DNA of 64,000 nucleotides from a virus: IMG/VR virus record IMGVR_UViG_3300035698_006643, positions 1 to 64,000 of that record; one strand, 5' to 3'. Shown piece by piece: positions 55,752 to 64,000 of this stretch (position 1 is its first letter; each line of letters starts with the position of its first letter). The notes under the pieces were generated by a model. It saw only the letters and a program-made list of their open reading frames with translations, ran no database searches and was not told where the DNA came from. The position numbers and the translations under genes were made by a program.

Positions 55752-56581
55752 CCGCCAGCGCCTCGTTGGACTTCAGCCATACGAAGAATTGCAGTACATA
55801 CCGACCCTTGATAGTTCTTCGCCGGGGTCGTGGGTTTCTTGTGGCCGTTCTTGATCAAGATATTGGCAAGGTCACGGTAGTGCATCGCCATCCCAGGGGG
55901 ACTTGTTTCCAGGATTTCATAGACGAAATGCGAAATCCCAAGCCCCCGTTTTTTGCTAAGGGTGGTTTGAATTCGGTACGTGTCAAGCAGGGCAATCCCT
56001 TCGATGGGTCGAGGGGACAAGTCACCTGAATTGATTTTGATTGCACTACCCCTACTACCCTTCATCATATAAGCCCTATCAGCGGCGGCTGAAGAGGCGG
56101 CTGCTTCAGCCGCTTCCTTCATCGTAATTTTTCGACGGTCTTCAAGGACAGCCCTTTTCTCAGCAGCCCCTGGAACGACTTGCTTGTTCACTGGGACCAT
56201 CGGAAGAATCTTGGACTGGTCTACATCTTCAGGTTCGATTCCCAAGGTTTTGGCAAAAGCCAGCAAAGCTTCAGTCCCGACGTGTGGCGGTTCTTCTCCA
56301 GCCAACCATTGACGGACATAGTGTTCAGCGGTCAGTTCCAGATATTCTGGGGTCCAGTTGGTATCAGCAGACAAAGGAATTCTCAGTGCCCGACATTCAC
56401 GAATGAGCATCAAGCATCTTTCCTTGGTTTCAACTATCCAGCCGAAACAGTCGTCTTTGTTCCGGTAATACGATGACTGGTCTTTTCGGGACACCTTCCC
56501 ACAGAAGGTAGCCCACCAGCCCATACCAGCGGTATAGGTTGGACCTGTAGTGTCAAAATGCGGTGACTGTGGCATTGCCAT
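55733..56581 (-). CDS. Protein with C-terminal HARE-HTH-like winged helix
   Basis: YEILE..MHYRDLANILIKNG..TPAKNYQGSV. Confidence 0.6.
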   Translation of the reverse strand: MAMPQSPHFDTTGPTYTAGMGWWATFCGKVSRKDQSSYYRNKDDCFGWIVETKERCLMLIRECRALRIPLSADTNWTPEYLELTAEHYVRQWLAGEEPPHVGTEALLAFAKTLGIEPEDVDQSKILPMVPVNKQVVPGAAEKRAVLEDRRKITMKEAAEAAASSAAADRAYMMKGSRGSAIKINSGDLSPRPIEGIALLDTYRIQTTLSKKRGLGISHFVYEILETSPPGMAMHYRDLANILIKNGHKKPTTPAKNYQGSVCTAILRMAEVQRGAGGWVWLK

Positions 56582-56610
56582 TGTGGACCTCCGTCGTAGT
56601 TTCTACTGAG

Positions 56611-56641
56611 GTAGATACACTCTGAGGTCAGAGTTGTGCCC
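56611..56641 (-). promoter_or_regulatory. Conserved promoter/operator element, copy 2
   Basis: GGGCACAACTC-n6-CAGAGTGTATCTAC. Confidence 0.65.
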
Positions 56642-56660
56642 CAAAAAGTTTGAAGCCGCC

Positions 56661-56933
56661 CTAATCGAAGTCTGGATTCTCCACGACCTGCCAGTGCCAA
56701 ACCGGTTGTCGGTCCTTGGTGTGGTACAGCATCCTTCTGAGTAAGCCCTGTTCAGCCATCCTCAAAAGTATCTTCCCATTCCGGTCTAAGAATCGTTTCC
56801 GATGTTCCCCACCCTTGGCCCATTCCGTGAAATTGAACCGGTCTATCAAAAATGCGGCCCGCCTGGTCGTGAACCACAAATTCCTGAAGTTGTTCCACAG
56901 AATCATAGCAGCGTCTGTGTACATTGGGTTCAT
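56661..56933 (-). CDS. Small putative winged-helix protein
   Basis: 90 aa; LLRMAEQGLLRR. Confidence 0.5.
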   Translation of the reverse strand: MNPMYTDAAMILWNNFRNLWFTTRRAAFLIDRFNFTEWAKGGEHRKRFLDRNGKILLRMAEQGLLRRMLYHTKDRQPVWHWQVVENPDFD

Positions 56934-57718
56934 GGGATGAACAGGTCGATGACTGGGCCGAAGTACAGAACTTCGGCTGGTAGGGGTGGAATAGGAATTG
57001 GAACCAACTTCGAGACATCAAGATGGGGTGCTGGTTGTTCAAAGGGAATGTAGCTGTCGAACTCCGTGTGGAGCTTTGTCTTTGGGATGAATAGTTCAGC
57101 ATCAAACGGGACCAGGAGGACGGTTCGGTAGATACTACGGGAGAACTCCAACTTGCAAACGAATTGAAGATTCGTCTTCGACCGCTCCCACATAAATTCT
57201 ATCGGGCCTTCCTTCCACAGTCCCAAGATTTCAATGAGGTCCCTGGCTTCACCCCAATCCAACAGGAAAGCCAAAGTACCGCCCGATGTAGGCTTCGACG
57301 CTACAACGAAGTCCATTATGTGTCTGGCGTACAGGTACAGATACGGACATTGCTGAGCCGTTGTAGCCGCCCTGAGATTCCGAGGCTGTCGAAGGAATGG
57401 GCTTGAATACCCCCGAGAAGAACAAGCCATCTTCCCGGCTTGGGTCAGTAGTTTCCTAACGGTAGATGAACGTGCCCCAAGTGGGATGGGAACTCTTCCC
57501 ATCACTTCGCCTTGTCCGTCCCTCACGGTAAACATCAGCCCGTACATCGTCTCGGCCCCGGTTCTTACCTGGACTTCGTCAAAATGAATGGTCTTCTTGT
57601 AGGGGTGGGTGTGAACCTGGTATGGGGCGATGGTGTTGCCGAAGGCATTCGATACAGCACCTATGATGATATTCCGTTCACTGGAATCGTAGGTGTATGA
57701 GACTGTAGCTTCAACCAT
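56930..57718 (-). CDS. Hypothetical protein
   Basis: 262-aa ORF downstream of nrdJ. Confidence 0.6.
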   Translation of the reverse strand: MVEATVSYTYDSSERNIIIGAVSNAFGNTIAPYQVHTHPYKKTIHFDEVQVRTGAETMYGLMFTVRDGQGEVMGRVPIPLGARSSTVRKLLTQAGKMACSSRGYSSPFLRQPRNLRAATTAQQCPYLYLYARHIMDFVVASKPTSGGTLAFLLDWGEARDLIEILGLWKEGPIEFMWERSKTNLQFVCKLEFSRSIYRTVLLVPFDAELFIPKTKLHTEFDSYIPFEQPAPHLDVSKLVPIPIPPLPAEVLYFGPVIDLFIP

Positions 57719-57724
57719 CCTGAA

Positions 57725-60268
57725 TCACCCACAGCCACCGACGTTGTCCCCACAGTTGGTACAGGTGTAGCAAGTGCCGGTCTGCATCAGAACATGCCCA
57801 CAACGATTGCACAGTCGATTCGACATTTTGGGTTCGTCCTGGACTCCCTGATTCATCCCTGATACTTCCTCCAGGAACCGGAACAGGTAATCAAGGGTCG
57901 AAGTAGCCATCTTGATACTGGGGTGTCCTTCAATCACCATCCCAGAGGGCTCAAAGGTCATTGCCTTCATCTTGTCGGCCATGATTGACAGGGGAACCCC
58001 ATACTGGAGGGCAATCGAACAAATCGTAGCATGAGCGTCGGCCCAACCAGCGAGAGCTCCCCCATGCTTCGTTAGGTCTACGAAGAACTCTTTGATTTCC
58101 CCGTCTTCATTCTTCCCGATATGGATGTATCCTTCTTGCCCCCCGATGTTGAACTTGTGTGTGAATCCTTCACGGATATTGGGGAGCTTTTCCCGACGGG
58201 CTTTCAAACGGAAGCGGGCTTTCTTCCCTTCCAGGGGCTGACTGGCCTTTGACCCGTCCCGATAGATGGTGACGCTCTTCAGACCCAATTCCCATGCCGT
58301 TTGGTAGGTCCAGGCAACGTCTTCCTCTGTAGCCTGATGGGGAAGGTTCACAGTCTTCGAGATACTTCCTGACAAGAATGGCTGTACCGCTGCCATCATC
58401 CCAAGGTGCCCTCGAATCGTAATCTGGTTAGACTGTGAAAGGGCTGTCTGGAATACAGGCTTGTCTTCGACTCGAAGCCGGTCAAGGAATGTCACTTCAT
58501 CGGGGGAGTCTCCGATGATGTCTTCAATGTTCTTGTACCCCAGAGCCTGAAGCCCCAGATTCACGCATTTGTTCTTCAGGATTAGTTCCCCGCCACCGAC
58601 AAGCTCTTTCTGAGTTGACAGCATCAGCAAGGGTTCGATTCCAGTCGTGTCAGCCCCAGAGAGGAATGAAATCGTTCCGGTGGGGGCCAGAAGCGTAACC
58701 TGTGCATTCCTGACTGGCTGGCCTTGACGCTTCATCACCTTCCGCCACATTTTACAGACCGAAGGGTGAGCCGCTTTGGATTTGTGGTTGTCCCAAACTT
58801 CAGCGTGTTGTTCAATGACCTTCCAAAGCCTGGTACAGTCGAAAAGACCTTCTGGTTCGGCGCCAGCGTCGTGGTTGGAATTTTCCCAAACACGGTGAGC
58901 TAGATCCATGCTCACATCATAGGCTACAGCGGTCATAAAGGAGGTCAGGGCAGAAGCTATGTCTCGACCCCTATCAGAGTCATACGCAATCCCACTACTC
59001 ACCAGCAGCCCGCCAAGGTCCATGTAGCCCAATCCTAGCGGTCGGTACTTCAGGCTGTTCGCTGTGATTTCTTCTGTGGGGTAGATTGACTTCCCAACTA
59101 GGATGTCCTGAGCAATAACCAGGATGCGTACCGTTTGGGCGAAGTCAGCAGCCTTGAAGCCCTGCTCCAGATTAGAAGTCGGTCTTGCCGGCTTGTACGG
59201 GCTTAGACTGATACTGGATAGATTGCACGCTGAGTTGTCGATGAATGTGAATTCCCCGCATGGGTTAGACCCATTGATAGGTTCGTCAACAGTTCGCCAC
59301 TGGTCAACCGTATCGTGGAATTGAAGTCCGGGGTCGCCACATTCCCAGGCTGACCTAGCAATTTCCTTCCACAACTTGGTGGCAGGGATAGGTACCTTGC
59401 TTCCATCGCCCCGGTTAATCAGGTAGAAGGTCGCTTCATCTGCTACGGCTTGCATGAAGCTGTCCGTCATCCGGACTGAATTGTTTGCGTTCTGGAAGAA
59501 GATGGATTGGTAGGCGTCCCCGTCAATCCCGCCAGAATATCCAATGGCAATCAGTTCACGGGCCTTCTGTTCTTCCTTCGACTTGCACTTGATGAACTGT
59601 TCGATGTCGGGGTGGTCGATATTGAGGACGATAATCTTAGCCGCCCTTCGTGTGCGTCCCCCACTCTTGATAACGCCGGCAAACGAATCGTAACCCCGCA
59701 TGAAGCTGACAGGCCCCGAAGCATAACCACCGCCACTGAGTGGTTCATTGCTACCACGAAGCACTGAAAGGTTGACCCCAGCCCCACTACCACGCTTGAA
59801 GATGTTCGCTTCCGTGGAAGCCAGCTTCATAATCGAGTCCATGTCGTCTTCAACGGAATTGATGAAGCAAGCCGAGCATTGGGATTCATCGAAGATACCG
59901 ACGTTGTACCAGACTGGGCTATTGAAGAAAGCCCGTCCGGTCACGAAGAGGAACATCAATTCGTCGTAGAAGATGACCGCTTCTTCAGGGGTCAGGATTC
60001 CGTCAGCTACGCCCCAGTCTCGGATATTGCTTGCGACCCGGTCGAAGGCTGTCTTGAAGGACTTTTCCTGTTCGCCTTTGTTGTCTTGTCTCAGGTAGTG
60101 TCTGGAACAGATGTTGATTTGGTTCTTGTTCCACCAGGCCGGGACTTCAATACCTAGCATTTCGTAGAGGACTTCTTTCTTGGACCCAAGTAGCTGGGTG
60201 TCGGTGGTGACCCAGTCTGTGGCTTCAAGTGCAGTTCCTGGTTCTGGTACAAAATGTCGTTTTATCAT
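57725..60268 (-). CDS. nrdJ: Class II (B12-dependent) ribonucleotide reductase
   Basis: FNSPVWYN, QCSACFI, GGRTRRAAK, NPCGE, APTGTIS, SISKTVN; C-terminal TSCPD-like region and Zn ribbon. Confidence 0.93.
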   Translation of the reverse strand: MIKRHFVPEPGTALEATDWVTTDTQLLGSKKEVLYEMLGIEVPAWWNKNQINICSRHYLRQDNKGEQEKSFKTAFDRVASNIRDWGVADGILTPEEAVIFYDELMFLFVTGRAFFNSPVWYNVGIFDESQCSACFINSVEDDMDSIMKLASTEANIFKRGSGAGVNLSVLRGSNEPLSGGGYASGPVSFMRGYDSFAGVIKSGGRTRRAAKIIVLNIDHPDIEQFIKCKSKEEQKARELIAIGYSGGIDGDAYQSIFFQNANNSVRMTDSFMQAVADEATFYLINRGDGSKVPIPATKLWKEIARSAWECGDPGLQFHDTVDQWRTVDEPINGSNPCGEFTFIDNSACNLSSISLSPYKPARPTSNLEQGFKAADFAQTVRILVIAQDILVGKSIYPTEEITANSLKYRPLGLGYMDLGGLLVSSGIAYDSDRGRDIASALTSFMTAVAYDVSMDLAHRVWENSNHDAGAEPEGLFDCTRLWKVIEQHAEVWDNHKSKAAHPSVCKMWRKVMKRQGQPVRNAQVTLLAPTGTISFLSGADTTGIEPLLMLSTQKELVGGGELILKNKCVNLGLQALGYKNIEDIIGDSPDEVTFLDRLRVEDKPVFQTALSQSNQITIRGHLGMMAAVQPFLSGSISKTVNLPHQATEEDVAWTYQTAWELGLKSVTIYRDGSKASQPLEGKKARFRLKARREKLPNIREGFTHKFNIGGQEGYIHIGKNEDGEIKEFFVDLTKHGGALAGWADAHATICSIALQYGVPLSIMADKMKAMTFEPSGMVIEGHPSIKMATSTLDYLFRFLEEVSGMNQGVQDEPKMSNRLCNRCGHVLMQTGTCYTCTNCGDNVGGCG

Positions 60269-60329
60269 CGGTAGGCCCTCTTGTTAGCGTCAAGTATTTC
60301 ATAATACAACGCTTTGGCCCTAAACCGAA

Positions 60330-60524
60330 CTACTTTGCCCCAAAAAACAGGGCTGTACCCAACACAGCCCAGGACCCCCAAAGGGCCATCGGGAAATCCA
60401 GGAACATCTCTACCGAGAATGTCCCATTGGAAACCGTTGCCGCCCCAACTACAGCCACAATACTCCCGGCTCCCAGCATTGACAGAAACCCAAACCCTTT
60501 GAGATAGCTCGTCTTTTCATACAT
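60330..60524 (-). CDS. Small two-TM membrane protein (holin-like?)
   Basis: 64 aa with two hydrophobic segments; GGAGG RBS; weak late-promoter motif at 60542-60559. Confidence 0.5.
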   Translation of the reverse strand: MYEKTSYLKGFGFLSMLGAGSIVAVVGAATVSNGTFSVEMFLDFPMALWGSWAVLGTALFFGAK

Positions 60525-60567
60525 GGCAGAACCTCCACCTACGATTAAACCACAGCTACGGGGTTCG

Positions 60568-62115
60568 TCAACTTTTTGGGTTGTTTATTGTAGTGAGGAG
60601 GCTGACCACATCAACCGTAGTGGTCTTGATACGGGCTTTAGCGATTTTGAAGTAGTGAGGTTCCTTCTCGACTCCAATGAATCCCAGCGCCTTCTTGCGG
60701 GCGGCGATTCCTGTCGTACCTGACCCCATGAATGGGTCTAGTACAGTACCCCCCTGGGGAGTCACAAGCTCGACAAGGTAACACATCAACCGAACAGACT
60801 TCACCGTAGGGTGGGTGTTCTTCTTTTCATTTCCACCACGGTTGTACGGGTTGTTGCTTCCTGCCTGTCCTTTGATTCGACTGGCATCCCGCTGACCGGT
60901 CTTGAAGTCTTCCAGACCAGCCTGTTTCTCCGACGACGATGCCTTGACCGTGTAGAAGAACTGTTGGAAGAAACTGGAAGGCTGGTTCCCTTCAGAATAA
61001 AGCACCTGGTCATCAAGCTGCTTCACAGGACAGTCTTCGTGGCACGTCTTCCCACACTTGGGGTGGTGGGTCAGCATCAGGTGTGCCGGCCACCGACCTT
61101 CGTTCAGTGTCTCTTCGTAGGGCTCCCCAACAGCGTCACCAAACGGTTTGGCCCCATTCACGAACCTGTTGATTTGTACAGGGTCAGACCCGACCCGGGT
61201 GTCTTTCAGGTTCATCCCCCCAGTACCAAACTTCAAGGTGTTTGCAGCCAGGTTTAGAATCTGTCCTTTCCGGTATGGCCAGGTTTGTTTGAACTCACCT
61301 TTAGCCCCCTTCAGTAGCCAACCACTGTCGTCTTCGGGGCATAGGGCCACCCATCGTTCTTCGTGAATCCAACGAAGAACTTGCCCGTCTTCCAGGACTT
61401 CCACTTGCGGGGCCAAATCCTGGTCCTGACACAATCTGTAGCATCTGGACCGTTTCCAAGAAGCAGCGTCTGGTTTCCCAGACCACTTGACCGAATCCTT
61501 TGCTGTGTACCACCTGGTCCAACCTGTAATCTTGTGAAGGTCTTCGTAGCTGACTGGGGCCAGCGGTTTTTGGGCTAGTATCCAATGTTCAACTGCGGGC
61601 TTCAAGGCCGTGCCTTCCCCAGAAGTACGAAGGACTTTTCTGTCGTCCCCAGCCGCAGCGTCAATCGCTTTTCCAATGTCTTTACTATGCGGGAATCCAG
61701 ACCCAAACAGGTGACACAGGATTGAGTCATCCGGCAGCAACCGATAGAACGCATCAAGCTGAACTTCGTCAAGGCTGTCCAGGAAATCATTCAAGTGGGA
61801 ACTGGGTGGAAGGATGTCGTGGATACGGTCTCGTACCCTGAAGCCAGCTTCTTCAATCGCCAGCGCCGTCCAATGTGACGTACGGGGGATGCCCCAGACT
61901 AGGATATGCCCACCAGGTTTCAATACCCGAAAGCACTCCAGCATCACTGTTGTCAACCAGGCGACCCACTGGTCACGACCACCAAGGTCACCGTCCCATT
62001 CCTTTCCCATAAAGGAAATGCCAGCGGGCGGGTCAGTGACAACTGAATCAACAGAGTCGTCTGGGATGTCCTTCAATGCTTCAGGACATTCGCCCTGTCG
62101 GAGGTCTAAAATCAC
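60568..62115 (-). CDS. DNA N4/N6 methyltransferase (beta class)
   Basis: VVTDPPAG, RVLKPGG, HPTVK, LDPFMGSGTT. Confidence 0.88.
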   Translation of the reverse strand: MILDLRQGECPEALKDIPDDSVDSVVTDPPAGISFMGKEWDGDLGGRDQWVAWLTTVMLECFRVLKPGGHILVWGIPRTSHWTALAIEEAGFRVRDRIHDILPPSSHLNDFLDSLDEVQLDAFYRLLPDDSILCHLFGSGFPHSKDIGKAIDAAAGDDRKVLRTSGEGTALKPAVEHWILAQKPLAPVSYEDLHKITGWTRWYTAKDSVKWSGKPDAASWKRSRCYRLCQDQDLAPQVEVLEDGQVLRWIHEERWVALCPEDDSGWLLKGAKGEFKQTWPYRKGQILNLAANTLKFGTGGMNLKDTRVGSDPVQINRFVNGAKPFGDAVGEPYEETLNEGRWPAHLMLTHHPKCGKTCHEDCPVKQLDDQVLYSEGNQPSSFFQQFFYTVKASSSEKQAGLEDFKTGQRDASRIKGQAGSNNPYNRGGNEKKNTHPTVKSVRLMCYLVELVTPQGGTVLDPFMGSGTTGIAARKKALGFIGVEKEPHYFKIAKARIKTTTVDVVSLLTTINNPKS

Positions 62116-62888
62116 GCCATCAACCTCTGTTCTTCTTGTTCTTCAAGTCGCTTTTTCTCTCGGTATATCCAGTAGGACTTATTCTGCCTATACAAGTCCT
62201 GTCTGAGTTGGGCTTCAGCGAACTTGTGGTTCGCTAGTATTCGCTTGGCTACTGGACCGTACTCCCGGTCCTTCAGCAGGAACAAGAGGGCCTTAGCCGT
62301 CATTTCGGAATCGTACTGAGCCCTATGGGCAAGACCTTCAGCTTTGAGTTCAAAGCGTTCAGCAAGGCTCACCATTTTATGGCGCCCACGACCAGGCCAG
62401 CGGCCTCCAATATCATCGTTGTGTACCAGGGGGTAAGTGTCGATTACAGAGGTATCCAGCATCACCTTTTCCCAAGGGAGACCTAGCTGTCTGTCCAACA
62501 CCTTCAAGTCGTAGGCATAGAAGTTGTGGCCCACAATCACATCAACGGACCGAACTAGGTTGCACAGCCAGGGAGATAATTGAGAGATTGACTTTTCGCC
62601 CGCCGTAGTGAACTCCGTCATCCCGTGAGCTTCTATAGCACTGAACTCAATCGGGAACGGTTCTGTCACAGGTTCATTGCTTTCATCTAGTAGAACTTCC
62701 CCGTCGGCGTCTAGGACAGGCCGTACTCCAGGGTCAACTAGCCTAGATTCTCGGTGGGTGATTTCAAGACCCTGTACTAGACACACACCGATTTCGATTA
62801 TTCGACAGGTGCTAGTGTCCAGGCCCGTCGTTTCAATGTCGAGCGCTAACCAAGGTCGTTCCCACCAGTAAGTACCTTTCTGATTCAT
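62112..62888 (-). CDS. DEDDh 3'-5' exonuclease (DnaQ/epsilon-like)
   Basis: LDIETTG, GHN..YD, AHRAQYD. Confidence 0.88.
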   Translation of the reverse strand: MNQKGTYWWERPWLALDIETTGLDTSTCRIIEIGVCLVQGLEITHRESRLVDPGVRPVLDADGEVLLDESNEPVTEPFPIEFSAIEAHGMTEFTTAGEKSISQLSPWLCNLVRSVDVIVGHNFYAYDLKVLDRQLGLPWEKVMLDTSVIDTYPLVHNDDIGGRWPGRGRHKMVSLAERFELKAEGLAHRAQYDSEMTAKALLFLLKDREYGPVAKRILANHKFAEAQLRQDLYRQNKSYWIYREKKRLEEQEEQRLMA

Positions 62889-62941
62889 TTGGATACCCCC
62901 CTTTCGGAAGGATTCTACAACCTGAACCTCAGATAGAAGAT

Positions 62942-63598
62942 TTAGAGGTAGGAATCAAGAACAGCCCCTATCTTATAGGATGGAATTACAGCACTGTTTT
63001 CAGTCAGTATCCGAAAGACCTTCCATCCCCGTGCCGACAGGTCAGCATCACGAAGCATATCTTCAGCTTCAATTTCAGGATTCTGGTGGTACCGACCATC
63101 GAATTCAATGACAGCCCGCTGGTCAGGTAGAACAAGGTCAACGATGTAAGGGCCAATAGGTTCTTCAAATTGGTAGGGTACTTCCATTTCATCAAGTAGT
63201 ACCTTGATTTCAACATACTTCCAGGCTTCTCGTAGCCGAAGAATTTCGTGAATAGGTAAGGCATTATCACAGTGCTGTCTTCCAGCTTCCCACCGTCGTT
63301 CTTTAGCTTCAGGGGATACGCACCTGTATCGAAGATAGTCGGCACATTCATCTGAACAAGTCCTCCTGGCTTTACAGGTGTCCTTTACCTGGAAGACGGC
63401 CCCACAGACTACACACTTCTTGTCAATGATTTTGGCTGTTCGTCCCAAGAACTTGTTAGCGTGAATGGCACAACATGTCCTGCAACAGTACATCCCTCGG
63501 CCCTTTTTCAGAGCCCGGTTGACTTCACTCAATGCTTTCAGGTGCATCTTGCCGCAGTCAGGATTCTGACAACGGACTTCAGTCATTGTTCGTCCCAT
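62942..63598 (-). CDS. Zn-ribbon plus DUF559/Vsr-like endonuclease (probable homing endonuclease)
   Basis: Cys clusters, then GPYIVDL..IEFDGRYH..D..RD..GWKVFRI. Confidence 0.8.
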   Translation of the reverse strand: MGRTMTEVRCQNPDCGKMHLKALSEVNRALKKGRGMYCCRTCCAIHANKFLGRTAKIIDKKCVVCGAVFQVKDTCKARRTCSDECADYLRYRCVSPEAKERRWEAGRQHCDNALPIHEILRLREAWKYVEIKVLLDEMEVPYQFEEPIGPYIVDLVLPDQRAVIEFDGRYHQNPEIEAEDMLRDADLSARGWKVFRILTENSAVIPSYKIGAVLDSYL

Positions 63599-63688
63599 TT
63601 GACACCTGGTTTCAAGAACTTGGACAGTCAGTTGATGGAAGTGTCAAGGGGTAGTGAAACCCAGGGACAGCCTAATGAAATCGGTATA

Positions 63689-64000
63689 GTGGAGGTGGCG
63701 TGAATCGAACACGCGTCCGTTAAAGGGTCACTCTGCACGTCTACGTGTGTAGGCAAAAGTGTTTGGGTTTCCCCATCTCGCCCTACGACCATCACTCTTG
63801 CCAGAAGTGTTCGTCAGGCTACCCTCGTTTGTCTTGTTTCCATCAGCCCCGTGGGTACGGACTTCAGGCAGCAGACCGAATAAATGACGAAAGGGTCCAG
63901 GTCACAGTCTTCCCTGGTCTTTCGGGCTACGAGTTTTTACGCAGCCATGCGAACTGGTGTGTTTGCATTTAGTGTTTGCAACGCTTTTGACAGGGTGCGT
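63689..64000 (-). ncRNA. ssrA: tmRNA, 3' portion (5' end beyond the window)
   Basis: 3' end GGACGCGTGTTCGATTCACGCCACCTCCA (T-arm and Ala acceptor strand); tag ORF 63966-63937 after TAAAT encodes ANTPVRMAA-stop. Confidence 0.9.

Noticed and set aside
63689-63720. tRNA gene
   Set aside because: Only a T-arm and acceptor strand are present, preceded by a tag ORF, so it is a tmRNA.
1-64000. Genome-wide reassignment of TGA (code 4/25) or TAG (code 15)
   Set aside because: Many genes end cleanly in TGA (often in ATGA or TGATG overlaps, e.g. 11070, 33627, 34601, 35770) or TAG, and long ORFs are intact under code 11.

Overview
A 64-kb segment of a large (jumbo-like) tailed bacteriophage genome with almost all genes on the minus strand. 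From left to right: (i) the 3' end of a dual-frame C5 DNA methyltransferase gene and an HTH-LAGLIDADG-methyltransferase fusion; (ii) a head and packaging module (major capsid protein, decoration protein, scaffold, intein-containing prohead protease, portal, intein-containing TerL, probable TerS, many probable internal head proteins); (iii) a replication, recombination and transcription module (tandem sigma region-4 protein, NusG-like, DnaX/HolA/HolB clamp loader, beta clamp, primase TOPRIM, two RdgC-like genes, split SbcC plus SbcD, RecA, RuvC, SSB, RecD2); (iv) a VWA/AAA pair, three more sigma-like genes, class II RNR, a DNA MTase, a DEDDh exonuclease, a DUF559 endonuclease and the 3' part of a tmRNA. 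Most notable: three genes, including the beta clamp, are interrupted by a single in-frame stop at a Trp-compatible position although TGA and TAG are ordinary stops elsewhere; a basic [RK]-x-A-[SAG] motif recurs in proteins behind a shared putative late promoter, including a sigma-like protein; a shortened capsid-protein paralog sits in the replication cluster; and the NusG-like protein has a winged-helix-like insert. All family calls come from motif recognition by eye, with no database searches.
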